Source: Octopus sinensis
Taxonomy: Eukaryota
Direction: 5' to 3'
NCBI RefSeq assembly: GCF_006345805.1
Contig: NC_043017.1
Location: 23,002,001 to 23,066,000 of the forward strand
DNA length: 64,000 bases
The notes under the pieces: model-generated
What the model was told of the DNA's origin: nothing
The model's input: only the letters and a program-made list of their open reading frames with translations
Database searches by the model: none
In this document: piece by piece, positions 37,945-50,419 of the stretch
Position numbering within the stretch: the first letter of the stretch is position 1
Layout: each line of letters begins with the position of its first letter
Translations under genes and position numbers: made by a program

Positions 37945-38372
37945 TATAAGATCCTGGAGGGAAGCGTCCTGAACTTTGGCATCGAGAGTTACGCAAACGC
38001 CAGAACTGGGCGCCACTGCGTGGTGCCTAGGACTCCAAACTTGCCATCAAGATGTAGGACAAGATTCTGTGATAGCCTGGGCTTCCGAGGCCCACAGCTC
38101 TTCAATATCCTCCCCTGAAACCTGAGAGACCTGCATGGGGTGGATGCAGATGTCTTTAAAATGGAGCTGGATCTCTTCCTGTCAGGTGTCCCAGATGAAC
38201 CAACTTCACGGCAGGAGGGGCAGATGAGGGCAGCTGCATCGAACTCTCTCATGCACCAAATAGCAGTTGCTAGAAAGCCTCCATGAAGTGAAACCAAGTA
38301 GCAACACCAAATGGCGGTGCCCCAGCATGGCCACAGCTCATGAGCTGAAACTGGAATCAATCAATCAATCAA
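37945..38372 (+). mobile_element. CR1-clade LINE 3' end
   Basis: KILEGSVLNFGIES...GRHCVVP...FRGPQLFNILP*NLRDLHGVDADVFKMELDLFLSGVPDEP...RAAASNSL; (TCAA)n tail. Confidence 0.88.
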
Positions 38373-38669
38373 TATATATATATATATGCATATATATATA
38401 TATATGCATATATATATATATATGCATATATATATATATATATGCATATATATATATATATGCATATATATATATATATGCATATATATATATGCATATA
38501 TATATATATATATATATGCATATATATATATATTATATATATATATTTATATATATAAATAAATATAAGAGAGTGGTCACTATATGGCTCACTCTATTCT
38601 CTCACCCTTATTATTAATTATTTATATATATATATATTTATATATATATTATATATATATATAGATATA

Positions 38670-38711
<42 letters not shown>

Positions 38712-38825
38712 TTATATATATATATATTTATATATATATATTTATATATATATATATATATTAATATATATATATTTATATATATATATTTATATATATA
38801 TATATATATATGCATATGTATGTAT
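38373..38825. repeat. (TA)n with TATGCA interruptions
   Basis: Direct inspection. Confidence 0.95.
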
Positions 38826-39131
38826 GTATATCCCTAGTTTGTTCTAGGTTCTATGGTTGCATGCTTGGTTTAGAACCAGACGACATAGTGTCACAGTGCC
38901 AGCAGAGAGAGAAAAAAAAGTTAAAAATTGAAGATATTAGATTATGTATAAAGTTACGTAGGTATTGCGGGTACCAGGGTACGTGGAACATGCTCTACTT
39001 TTAAAACATCGCTTCGCAACCGCTCACATCTTTCCTTAACACTCCCCGTTCTGCCTATCATCTTCAGGCCCACACTCCAACAAATACATTGCTTACGAAC
39101 CCAGTCGCGGAGAGAGAGTGAGAGAGGTGGG

Positions 39132-39175
<44 letters not shown>

Positions 39176-39273
39176 TGGTGGGAGAGAAGAAAAAGACAAA
39201 GAAAAAGAAGGAAATGTTTGTTGTCATAGATTCGGTGGCAGTCATGAGTGACTGGATGGATTTTGGGGGGGAT

Positions 39274-39313
<40 letters not shown>

Positions 39314-40160
39314 GGGGCATAAGGCGTGTATGTATTTGTGCAAGTATGTGTCAGTGCGTGTGCATGTGTGTGTGTGAGAGAGATAGAGAGGAGATAGTGT
39401 GTGTATAACTGTCTATGTGTACGTATCAGTGTGTGTGTGTGTGAGAGAGAGAGAGCTAATATGGCTGTGTCTTTGCTATAGTGTATGTATCTGTGTTTGT
39501 GCGTGTGGATGTGTGTATATGATGTAAATGTGTGTGTGTGCGTGTGAGCCAAGGTGTCTTTGCGATACTGTGTGTGTGTGTGTGTGTATGCTGTGTGAGA
39601 AAGAGAGAGCTAAGGTGGCAATGTATCTATACTATAGGTGTGTGTATGTGTATATGTGTTTGTATGTTTCTGTGTGAACTAAAGTGATTATGTATCTACG
39701 ATTGTGTTTCTGTGTGTGTGTGAGAGAGAAGTAAGTTTTATTGCCAACATGACATAAGTGGATGAGGTGGGGGGGGGAGAGGAGAGAATAACACAGCAGT
39801 AGCAGCAGCAGTGACAGCTGGTTCACCGTCGAGAAGCATACAATATCCATCTGTGTATGTATATATATATATATATGTATGTATATACATTTGTAGAAGA
39901 GAGTGTATGAGCAAAAGAGAAGGAGGAGAGCCGCAGAGAGATACACGAAAAGAAAGAAAGAAGAAAGAGATCTTGCTTTCCTCCCTGTGACAATTATTAA
40001 AACTTCCGTCCTTGGTGCTATCGGCTTCGCTTTTCTCGTTTCTCAGAAATCTTATCTGTCTGTCTGTGTATATATTTCTAATTCCTCCTTTTCCGCAAGT
40101 GGAGTTTAGTGCCTTACTTTAAGCGGTCCGTTTTTCATTCCATATCAACGAAATTAAACG

Positions 40161-40182
40161 GTTTTCTATTTCCTAGGTAAGT
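40161..40182 (+). promoter_or_regulatory. juxtaposed acceptor/donor GTTTTCTATTTCCTAG|GTAAGT
   Basis: Polypyrimidine tract plus TAG directly followed by a consensus GTAAGT; either a recursive splice site or the donor of a non-coding alternative first exon. Confidence 0.45.
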
Positions 40183-42387
40183 CAAACAAACATTTCCTTA
40201 CTTTCAATACATACTTATTTATGAGTTGATATATATTAATGATAATACAAATTAGAAAAAAAAAGAAAAAAAAGCAAAAGGCAAATTTATAAACAACGGT
40301 TACTAGCAAGCACCGACGTTTGCTAGAAATGAGAGTCAAAAGCGCTATTGTGGCTAATTGAGTCGCTTTTGACTCTCATTTCTAGCCACGCTGGTGCTTT
40401 CTAGTACTCTTGTTATAAAAAGAAACACATACACAGATACTTTTGTATTGTTGAGTATTCCCGGCTATTCGACAATATAAAGTATAACGGCTCGAATTTT
40501 ATTTTAGAGTGTATTTTTTTTTAACTGACTGATAACAAATATATACATGAATTTGTTTTGTATTTTTTGTGTTTTTAACTTATAACATTAGTTTCCATTG
40601 TCATTTCAAGTCTATTCGGAATCTTCTAATTCTTACCCTTTCTTCAGCCTTTTTATTTTCTCTTGTAATGTTTGTTTTCTTTTCTCTTGTAATATTTGTT
40701 ATTCTTTTCCAATAATTATAGGCAGAGGTAAAAAATATGTACACCACCTCTTTTCGGCGTAGCAAAATTTAACCCTAGCCCTACACCTTAACCACCGAGT
40801 GTACGTGTTCTTTACTTTCGCCTTAATTATATATATACTATTCTAGCAAAAAAAAAAAAATTTTTTTTAACCCATTAAATATGCACTTTACAGAACGTAT
40901 CAAGTAAAACTTTCAGTTTAAAATGAAATCATTTTCGCTTTCCTCGACGTAAAGAAACAAAACTAAACGTGTGTGTGTGTGTGTGTGTGTATTCATTGTT
41001 GTCCATGAATAAATCCTACATTGTTTATTGTACCGAAATCAAAATATATTGATTTTTTTTATTTCTTTTGTCTGGGATTCGGTGCCAGAGATTTTTAGGG
41101 CATGCATAAAGGGTGATGGGTAGCGGGTATGGTGATGGTGATGCGGCTACTGATGCTGCGAGCAAACTGTCCATTCAGTTTTCCGCGGTGTTTTAACAAC
41201 TTCCAGAAACAAACGATCTTTATCAACATTTCGTGTTTGTCTGTGAAATAAGACACAAATTATCGTCTGTCTCATTATAATAATTAAGCGGCACACGTGT
41301 AACTTTATACTCATTAATTATTCTCGTTTTTCAATAAAGAATGTTTTTGAATGAATCTTACGTCAAATTCAGGAAACGATTCTTTGTTTACCACAAGAGC
41401 TGTGACATTGTTTACATATTAATAATGAATAAATAAAGCTTGCTTTTTCTAGGGTAATTATGTACCCTATGAGCGAGTCGTTGTGTGGGCTCTCGATCTA
41501 ATAGAAATAGCAGCCAAATCTCCCACGGTTCTCACTCGTCTTTGAATATGTTACGTTTGTTGATTAACGTTGTCTTCGGTTTTGGTTCCCTTTCTCTGGG
41601 GAAAAAAAACGGGATGGTCACGGTCGGATTATTTTTTATGATAGTTCTGCTCGATTACAGCTGATCTGGAGCTAAATAATAATAATAATAACAGCAACCC
41701 GCTTTTCTGGGACTTTTGCAAGTCAATGAGGGAACCGAACCTCTACGTGGTCGCTTAGTCTGCTAGAGATAGTAGCTAAACTGCTTGAAATCACTCACTA
41801 TTGTCTCAAAAACCTGAAAGACGCATCGGATAATGTTCCAATTAGGTAGGCTAACGGTTAAAGAAAAGAAAAGCTGGAATAGCAGCGGTTCGAACGTTTT
41901 CTGTTACCACAAACCCGAAACTACGATTTCTAAACAATACAAAAACCGTATTTTTACTAGAAATGATTGTGTCCGACTTTTTTCAATTTCTTTTTGCTGT
42001 TTTTAATAAGTTGGAAATGCATGAACATCGCAACTTCACATTTTCTTTCCTTCTTTATTCAACCATGTGTTCAGTAAATATGTCAACCAATTATTGTCAT
42101 TCCTAAGTAATCGATCGATAGGAAACAGTTAATGAGGACTTCAGGGTTCGGTGTTCAGATCTCGCCGCGCGTTGCTGTGTCGGAATAACTTGCCACATGG
42201 CTGCTATGTAAGCGATGTCCCAAGTTCAAATCCAGCACGCGGAGGCAACATTGCCGTTTTTATTTTTCCAGGTTAAAATGAAGTACCAAATTACCAGTTA
42301 AGTACCTGAATTCGATTGAAATTATTATCGCTATCCTGCCACACTCAATTTGTAGTTCAGTAACTGTTAAAAAAAATTATTATTATA

Positions 42388-42900
42388 GGCGTAGGAGTGG
42401 CTGTGTAGTAAGTAACTTACTTACCAACCACATGGTTCCGGGTTCAATCCCACTGCGTGGCACGTTGGACAAGTGTCTTCTACTATAGCCTCGGACCAAC
42501 CAGTGGATTTGGTAGACGGAAACTGAAAGAAGCCCCGTCGTGGTGATCTCATTCTCGCCCACAACATCATAAGCGGGAAGTGTAACCTCTCGAAAGAGCT
42601 GTTCTTCACTCCTGCTCCGGAGCGTCGGCTGCGGGGTCATTCCGAAAAGCTCTACCTGCGACGATTTCATCTCAATCGAAGGAGAGGAGCTTTCTCCGTC
42701 CGGTTGCGGATCCGTGGAACAAGCTGCCAGACGAGATGGTGAAGATGCCGACGACCGCTTTGTTCAAAGCCTCCCTGGACCTCAAGTGGCCTGAACTCTT
42801 TACATGAACACCACCCTGTACTTAACTCCATGTCCCCCTACATGGCCTTGCTATTTGCTTATGAGCCAAATTAACTAACTAACTAACTAACTAACTAACA

Positions 42901-42933
<33 letters not shown>

Positions 42934-43140
42934 TGTGTGTATGTATTTGTCCCCCAACATCGCTTGACAACCGATGCTGGTGTGTTTACGTCCCCCGTAA
43001 CTTAGCGGTTCGGCAAAAGAGGACCGATTGAATAAGTACTAAGCTTACAAAGAATAAGTCTTGGCGTCGATTTGCTCGACTGAAGGCGATGCTCCAGCAT
43101 GGCCACAGTCAAATGACTGAAACGAGTAAAAGAGTGAGAA
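42388..43140 (+). mobile_element. SINE-B containing an inserted CR1 3' end
   Basis: B head/core up to about 42540; B resumes at about 42900. Confidence 0.85.
42538..42899 (+). mobile_element. 5'-truncated CR1 LINE
   Basis: RGDLILAHNIISGK...RLRGHSEKLYLRRFHLNRRRGAFSVR, then a frameshift, then PWNKLPDEMVKMPTTALFKASLD; (TAAC)n tail. Confidence 0.88.
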
Positions 43141-43307
43141 ATTATTATTATAAAGACAGCGAGCTGGCGGAATCGTCACCACGCCCAGCAAAATGCTTAA
43201 CGGTATTTCGTCCCGAGTTCAAATTCCGCTGAGGTCGACTTCGCCTTTCATCCTTTCGAGGTCGATATAATCCCAAAAAATTTCACACTTTGTCCCTTCA
43301 GTAGAAA

Positions 43308-44040
43308 GCATCTTTTCCTTTTGTACGGCAGTTTTCAACACAATTTCTAGTTAACTAAACACTTTTAAACTTCGTATACTGGTAGAATGTGTCAAAATAA
43401 AACATTTTTTTCTCTTGGCTTTCTTGAGAAAATTGTAATTTGTAAGTTTAACGTAGTTTAATTTTTCGGGATCTTTTCCTTTTGAACGGCACTTTGTAAC
43501 ATAATTTCTAGGTAACTAAACACTTTTAAACTTCGTATACTGGTAGAATGTGTTTATAAAACATCATTTTCTCTTGGCTTTGTTGAGAAAATTCTATAGT
43601 TTAAGATATTTCGTCTGAAATTACTTGCATTTCGGAAATTTTAACCAGTCACTGGAGTCCATTTAGGTAATTAACATTCTGTGCATAATGAATATGTCCC
43701 TTCTTTAAGAAACAGATTGGGTTTATTTACATTTGTGAAGAAAAAAGATACCCTTCCCCTACCTCTAACCCTAAATCTAAAATAGATTGAAATGCAATAG
43801 ATCGATACTAGGGCCATAATTATGGGTGATATTTTCATACGACACCGCTAGAAAAAATCCAATTTTCCGTAGCGGTGTCATATGAAATTGTCACCCATAA
43901 TTATAACCCTTGTATCGATCTATTGCATTTCAATCTATTTTAGAGTTAGGGTTAGGGGTGGGGGAAGGGTATACGAAGTTTTAAAGTGTTTAGTTAACTA
44001 GAAATTGTGTTGAAAACTGCCGTTCAAAAGGAAACGATCC
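43308..44040. mobile_element. rearranged GGATC-ended MITE (tandem partial copy plus internal palindrome)
   Basis: Termini at 43469 and 44040; partial copy 43308-43468; internal inverted arms 43748-43850 / 43870-43972. Confidence 0.8.
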
Positions 44041-44554
44041 CAATTGTATAATAACATTAAACTATAACACTATTTAGTGCAGTTAGGCTCGTTGCGTGAG
44101 CACCCATTTTGGCAAAGAAATTGCATACATACAAAGAAATTGCATACATACAAAGAAATTGCATACATGTTCTTAAACTAATTTAAGTTTGAAACCTTTA
44201 TATTAATTTAGCATTAGAATTCTTCAATCTGTATAAAAATGGTTATTGTCTGCATCATTCGAAAGAGAAATAAATTCTGCATAAGGTGTGAACGATAAAA
44301 ACAATTCTTTATGGTGTTAGTAACAAAATATTGAGTAAGAAATAGAAAGTACTTTTATCATCGGTTTTAAATAATAAGAGTGAAAAATTAAATATTTATT
44401 TGATTAATATCAATTTAAAACCAGTGGTCTAGCATATAGAAAAATCTGAAGATTCAGAAAAATTATATTACATACATATAAGAGCGATGACCACTGAGTG
44501 GACACCCATATGCTAGAAGTAGACTCCCTATGGTCTTACCACTATCATTTATAG

Positions 44555-45097
44555 GATGGCGAGCTGGACGAAATGCCTACGTTCTGAGTTCAAATTCCGC
44601 GCGAGGTTCACTTTTCCTTTCATACTTTTTGGGTCGATAAACTAAGTACTAGTCAAATACTGTGGTCGGTGCAATCGACTAATTTCCTACCCCAAAATTT
44701 CAGGCCTTGTGCCGTTAGTAGAAAGCATTGAAAAGGCGGCGGCGAGCTGGCAGAATCGTTAGCGCGCCAAACGAAATGCTTAGTTGTATTCCGCCCGTAG
44801 CCACGTTCTGAGACCAAATTCCGCCGAGGTCGCCCTCAGCGGAATTTGAACTCAGAACGTCAAGACGGACGAAATACCTATTTCTATTTCTTTATTACCC
44901 ACAAGGGGCTAAACATAGAGGAGACAAACATGGACAGACATAGGTATTAAGTCGATTATATCGACCCCAGTGCTTAACTGGTACTTAATTTATCGACCCC
45001 GAAAGGATGAAAGGCAAAGTCGACTTCGGCGGAATTTGAACTCACAACGTAACGGCAGACGAAATACCGCTAAGCATTCCGTCCGGCGTGCTAACGT
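44555..45097. mobile_element. SINE-A cluster (plus copies to about 44825, minus dimer after)
   Basis: Family A motifs in both orientations. Confidence 0.85.
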
Positions 45098-45133
45098 TAA
45101 AAAAAAAGAAGAAAAATTGTTTGTTTTTTTTAC

Positions 45134-45811
45134 CAACAAGAAACTTCCGTTACATTTATATACACTTCCGGTGAATCATCACTATTGTTTCGGTTCTCGG
45201 TGGAAGTCCCTCCGCTTTATTATTTAAGCTGATAAACTCTTTATCAATGCCACAAAAAAAAAAACGGAAAGACTTCCGTCCGTCACCTCCCCTATATTCT
45301 CCCAAATTTATTTTTGCCAAAAATCCCCGTTTTCGGATACGGAGGTTCCGGAAAATTGCCAAAAATCGGCATTGTGAAATTTTCCTCCACCACCAACTTC
45401 AATTTTGACTTTTTACCCCCCAACACTAACCGTAACCGTGAGTACAGAAATGTTTTGAAATTTTTGTCCGAATCATGATCTCCGTATTTTTCTGCATATT
45501 TAGAAAAAAAATTCTTTAAAAAAATTTGACCAAGATTTTTGGAAATTTTTTTCAGAATCATAGTCTCCGTATTTTTCTGCATATTTGGAAAAAAAATTGT
45601 GAAAAAAAGTTTAAAATGAAAAAAAAGGGGAGGAGGTAATTTAGAAATGTCGATTTTTGCCAACTTTTTTGTAGATTCGTATTCCCCCGTAGCCGAAAGG
45701 GGGTTTTGTGTCGAAAAAGAAAAAAATTTTTAAAGGATGGTTTTTGGTGAGGACGGGCAGAAGTCTTGCCAAAACAGGAAAAAAAACCTCCAAAACTCAA
45801 GTCCCTCCCAC

Positions 45812-45845
<34 letters not shown>
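45134..45845. mobile_element. putative Helentron/HINE-like non-autonomous element
   Basis: Starts AACAAGAAACTTCCG, has a CCGTCCGTC motif and an internal direct repeat of about 45 bp, and ends in TTTTATATATA; recalled similarity only. Confidence 0.35.
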
Positions 45846-45847
<2 letters not shown>

Positions 45848-46519
45848 TTCTAGATATAGTAATTTCGTAAGACTTAAACATGGTTCAATTAACCTACAGT
45901 AGTGTAGTTAGCGGAATGAGGAGGGGTCGCCAGGCGACGTTTTTATGGGGAATTTGAGTCTATTGTAAAAGCCTGTATAAGCTGTCTGACGGAAGGTGGG
46001 GGTGGGCAAACTCAAGGGTTTCCCCAAGCGGAACAAACTTTACGAGGGTGTCGCGTAAGGCCTGGTTGGTGGTTCAGCCTTCCGAGTTAAGAAGAACTTA
46101 GATTAGGAAATTGTTGAATAAAATCATAACTGATCCTCTCGTATTTTCTTTTACTCAAAGCCAGGAACTTTTCAGCACTTAATCTAAAATGTTTTACAAT
46201 TAAGTACTGTAAAACCTAACTGGGAGCAGAACCGATTTGTGTGCGCTAGTGTAATGGTCGAACGAACTGAGATACCTGACTACCTATTCAAAGGTCATGA
46301 GTTCAAATCCACTTCTTGGTTTTCGTTCTGGTCATACTTTATTCTGTTGCTGGATAGGTTAGTAAAAGCAGTGGTGCTATATGAGGGGGTGGGGCAAGTG
46401 TTTATGGATCTAGTTTTGGAAAACAAACGCGTTGGATAATGTAATACTGAGGGACCTGACGGTATGGTCACGGCTGGAACGTTTTTGATCATGTCTGTTC
46501 AATTAGAATTGACTGTCGT

Positions 46520-47610
46520 AATTTATAATAATCAGCGAGAGAAAAGCAAGATTTGAACTCGGAGCGTCAAGATAGGTAACTAAAGTTTCAAGTCGGTGTC
46601 CCTGATTCCTTACCAAATTTGCAAATTATAATTTTCTAACCTAAGCACACGAGACCAGCAAAGTGGAGGGAGGGTTACTTTATTAAATCGAGTCACTGTA
46701 CTTGACTGATACTAAAGGACCAAAGGCAAAGTCGACCTCGATTGACTTTGAGTTGAGAACAAAGAGGCAGGTGAAATGCCGCGAAATATTTTGTCCCACG
46801 TGCTTACAGGCAATGATGATAATCCTTTCTTACAATAGACACGAAGCCTGAAATTTTTAGAGAAGTTGAGCCGATTACATCGATTCTTGTGTTCAATTGG
46901 TACTTTGTTTTATTGGCCCTGAAAGGACGAAAGGCAAAGTCAACCTTGGCGAAATTTGAACTCAGAACGTAAAGGCAGACGAAATACCGCTTAGCATTTT
47001 AACTGGCGTGCTAACTGAACGAGATTTTGTCCTACCAGCTCATCACCTTAATAATAATTCTTTCAACTAATGACACAAGTGTTCGAATGGTACTTATTTT
47101 AGCGACCCCCGAAAGGATGAAAGGCAAAGTCGGCCTCAGCGGACTTTGAACTCGAAATCTAAAGACAGACAAAGTACCTATTTCTTTACTACCCACAGGG
47201 GGCTAAACACAGAGAGGACAAACAAGGACAGACAAACGGATTAAGTCGATTATATCGACCCCAGTGCGTAACTGGTAATTATTTCATCGACCCCGAAAGG
47301 ATGAAAGGCAAAGTCGATCTCGGCGGAATTTGAACCCAGAACGTAGCGGCAGACGAAATACGGCTACGCATTTCGCCCAGCGTGCTAACGTTTCTGCCAG
47401 CTCACCGCATTAATAATAACAATAATAATCTTTTCTACTCCAGGCACAAATTTGGGGGTAGGGGGCCAGTCGATTAGATGAACCCCAGTACACAACTGTT
47501 ACTTAATTTATCGGCCCCTCAGCAGACTTTGAACTCGAAATCTACAGACAAACAAAACACCGCTAAGCATTTCTGCCGGCATGCTAACGATTCTGCCAGT
47601 TTTCCACCTT
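46520..47610 (-). mobile_element. array of about 6 SINE-A copies, all minus strand
   Basis: Repeated family A motifs separated by AAT-rich linkers. Confidence 0.85.
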
Positions 47611-47619
47611 AATAACAAC

Positions 47620-47661
<42 letters not shown>

Positions 47662-48280
47662 CTTTATTTCCGATGCTCCTCGTTACAGTTTCCTTTTGCA
47701 GTCTTTGCAAAAATATAGAAATTTTAAATATTTCATTCCTCTATCTTGTCCTATTCTTGGAGAAATGGTTTTCAGATGATTTCCAGGAGTCTTCATTTAC
47801 GCCCATTTTAAAGATTTTGTTTTACTTTTTTTAGTGGGGGGGTGGGGATGGGGGCAAGTAAGACTGAGACAAGAACAGCAGAAAATGCAACAGAGGCACG
47901 TGGCGGTGGGTTGCTTAAGAATAGTGTGTGTGTGTGTGTGTGTAAGACGACGGTGACTGGGTTGAAGACATGAAATATAGAAGTCAGCACAATTTCAAAG
48001 AAAAGTTACATTTTATGAGAAAAACTGAAAAAAGAAAATCTTTTTTTTTTTTTTTTTGAAATATTTTAGTTTTATTTATTCATTTATTTACTTATTTATT
48101 GCTTATTTTTGGCAAAGTTTTAGGTTCTGGCGAAATGTATCCTTCGTGTGAACAGAGGGTGTGTGTCTGTCTGCGTGTTTGTCTGAATATTTATGAATAT
48201 GCATATATATGCAAAGGTGTGCGTGTACTTATATGCAAATTTGTGAGTGCGCGCACGTATGTGCATGTACTTATATAGAG

Positions 48281-48314
<34 letters not shown>

Positions 48315-49376
48315 ATATGCAAACATGTATGTGTGTGCATGTGTGACATGTGAAAGAATTTGTATATGTGCACCAAGGAATACATAAACAAATGTTTACA
48401 TAAATGTAGCTCTATGATTCGTGGGTGTTTATTATTTTTAAGGTTTAACCCCAAAACGCAAAAACAATCCGGAAAAATTATAGATGTTTCCCGGACTTTT
48501 GACATATTTCCTAGCCACAAAGACGGTTTGCATTACATAACCAAGACTTGGTCCTTAAAAAAAAGTGTGTGTGTGCGTGTGTGTTTAACCTAAATTACTT
48601 CTGCAGCCCGAAATGTAAGAGATGGGTAACGAACGATGTTAATAATATAAGGTTTAAAGTTGGAAGATTTTTTTTTCTTCTTTAATCTATTTATTTAGCT
48701 TTCATTGAATATTTTGTTTGGGTTTCGTTAGGGTGTGATAGAAGGGATTGGTTGTCTGGTGAAGAGGGGGGGTGGGGGGAAAGCCTTCAGTGAGAAAATC
48801 TTTGACTCCCATGTGGACGAAGAAAGGAGGAGGAGGAGGAGGAAGAAGAGGGCAAAATAGGAGATGAGGAATCGTGTAACGATTTTGAATTTAGTGTGAA
48901 TTACTCGTGGGTGGTTTTTAGAAAGAGGGAGCTTGAATTACTCCACGTTGCTGTTGTTTTTGCTGTCTGTGATGTCGTTATAGGAAGAAGGCAGTGCACA
49001 GTCTTTTTCTTTTTTTTTTTTGTTACAGAAGTGTCGCTGGTGCTGTCACCACAGGAATTTTTCCTGGCTTATTGTTTGGTCCCAGCCAGGGGGGGAATTT
49101 ATAAGAACAATAGTCTGATTGTTTAGTCTCGGGTCAACCAGGGCTTCAAAGAGAAATTTGGCAAAGCGGAACAAAAAACTATTTTCGGGCCGCCGGACGA
49201 AGAAACGGAGTGGCTCTCAAAATTCGGAGATGTTGAGCATATTTTGTTTTCTTCAATTCTTTTATGGGAGAAACCCAACAGAAAGTTGGCTCTCTGAGCC
49301 ATGAACCGCTGTTCCTGTTGAACCTTACTCTCACAGGCCCTGGGGTTAGCTCTCATTAAAGGAGTATTTTAATCAG

Positions 49377-49737
49377 TGGTTAGGGCAGTGGACTCGCGGT
49401 CGTAGGATCGTGGTTTCGATTCCCAGACCGGGCGTTGTGAGTGTATTGAGCGAAAACACCTAAAGCTCCACGAGGCTCCGGCAGGGGATGGTGGTGATCC
49501 CTGCTGTACTCTTCACCAACTTTCTTCACTCTTACTTCCTGTTTCTGTTGTACCTGTATTTCAAAGGGCCGGCCTTGTCACTCTCTGTGTCACGCTGAAT
49601 ATCCCCGAGAACTACGTTAAGGGTACACGTGTCTGTGGAGTGCTCAGCCACTTACACGTTAATTTCACGAGCAGGCTGTTCCGTTGATCGGATCAACCGG
49701 AAACCTCGTCGTCGGAACCGACGGAGTGCTTCCATCC
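49377..49737 (+). mobile_element. SINE family C, slightly 5' truncated, with TSD
   Basis: 11-bp TSD ATTTTAATCAG (49366-49376 and 49738-49748). Confidence 0.9.
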
Positions 49738-50014
49738 ATTTTAATCAGACTTTCAAGCTGTAAGCATCCTGCGTTATTTATTATTTTTTCCCCAGTTCAT
49801 TAGAAGTTGGTCTTTTTTATCGAATGTCGTGTATCTTTGCTTTAAAACTGCCGTGCTTTTGTGGTTCGAAAGTGATCTGGCTTCCACATAGAGGCTCTCT
49901 TTATGACATATCTGTTATCGTTACTTAGTCCTGGGGAACCTTGACTGGGTAGTAATTCCAGTAGTAACAATCCTGCACTTTAAAGGTTATCTTTGGGCAT
50001 ATATAAGACGGTAG

Positions 50015-50419
50015 GGATCTTTTCGGTTTGATCGGCAGTTTTTTCTAGCGGTGTTATATGAAATTGTCACCCATAATTATGACCCTAGTATCGATTTATT
50101 GCATTTCAATCTGTTTTAGGGTTGGCGGTGAGGGTATCTTTTTTTCTTCACAAATGTAAATAAACCCAATCTGTTTCTTAAACGAGGGACATATTCATAC
50201 AGCACAGAATGTTTTCACCTCAATAGACGTCATTGACTGGTTGAAATTGCAGAAATTGAAGAAGAAAAACAACAAATATCTTACAAACTATAGAATTTTC
50301 TCAATAAAGCCAAGAGAAAAAGATGTTTTATAAACACATTCTACCAGTATACGAAGTTTAAAAGTGTTTAGTTACGTGGAAATTATTTTTAAAAACTGCC
50401 GTTCAAACCGGAAAGATCC
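50015..50419 (+). mobile_element. GGATC-ended MITE with 8-bp TSD
   Basis: TIR GGATCTTTTCGGTTTGA(T/A)CGGCAGTTTT; TSD GACGGTAG at 50007-50014 and 50420-50427. Confidence 0.9.

Noticed and set aside
43945-43960. Interstitial telomere (TTAGGG)
   Set aside because: Only about two units, and they are a constant part of the GGATC MITE (also near 51935).
44113-44168. CRISPR-like repeat
   Set aside because: It is a 19-bp unit repeated about 3 times with no spacers, in a eukaryotic context: a simple tandem repeat.
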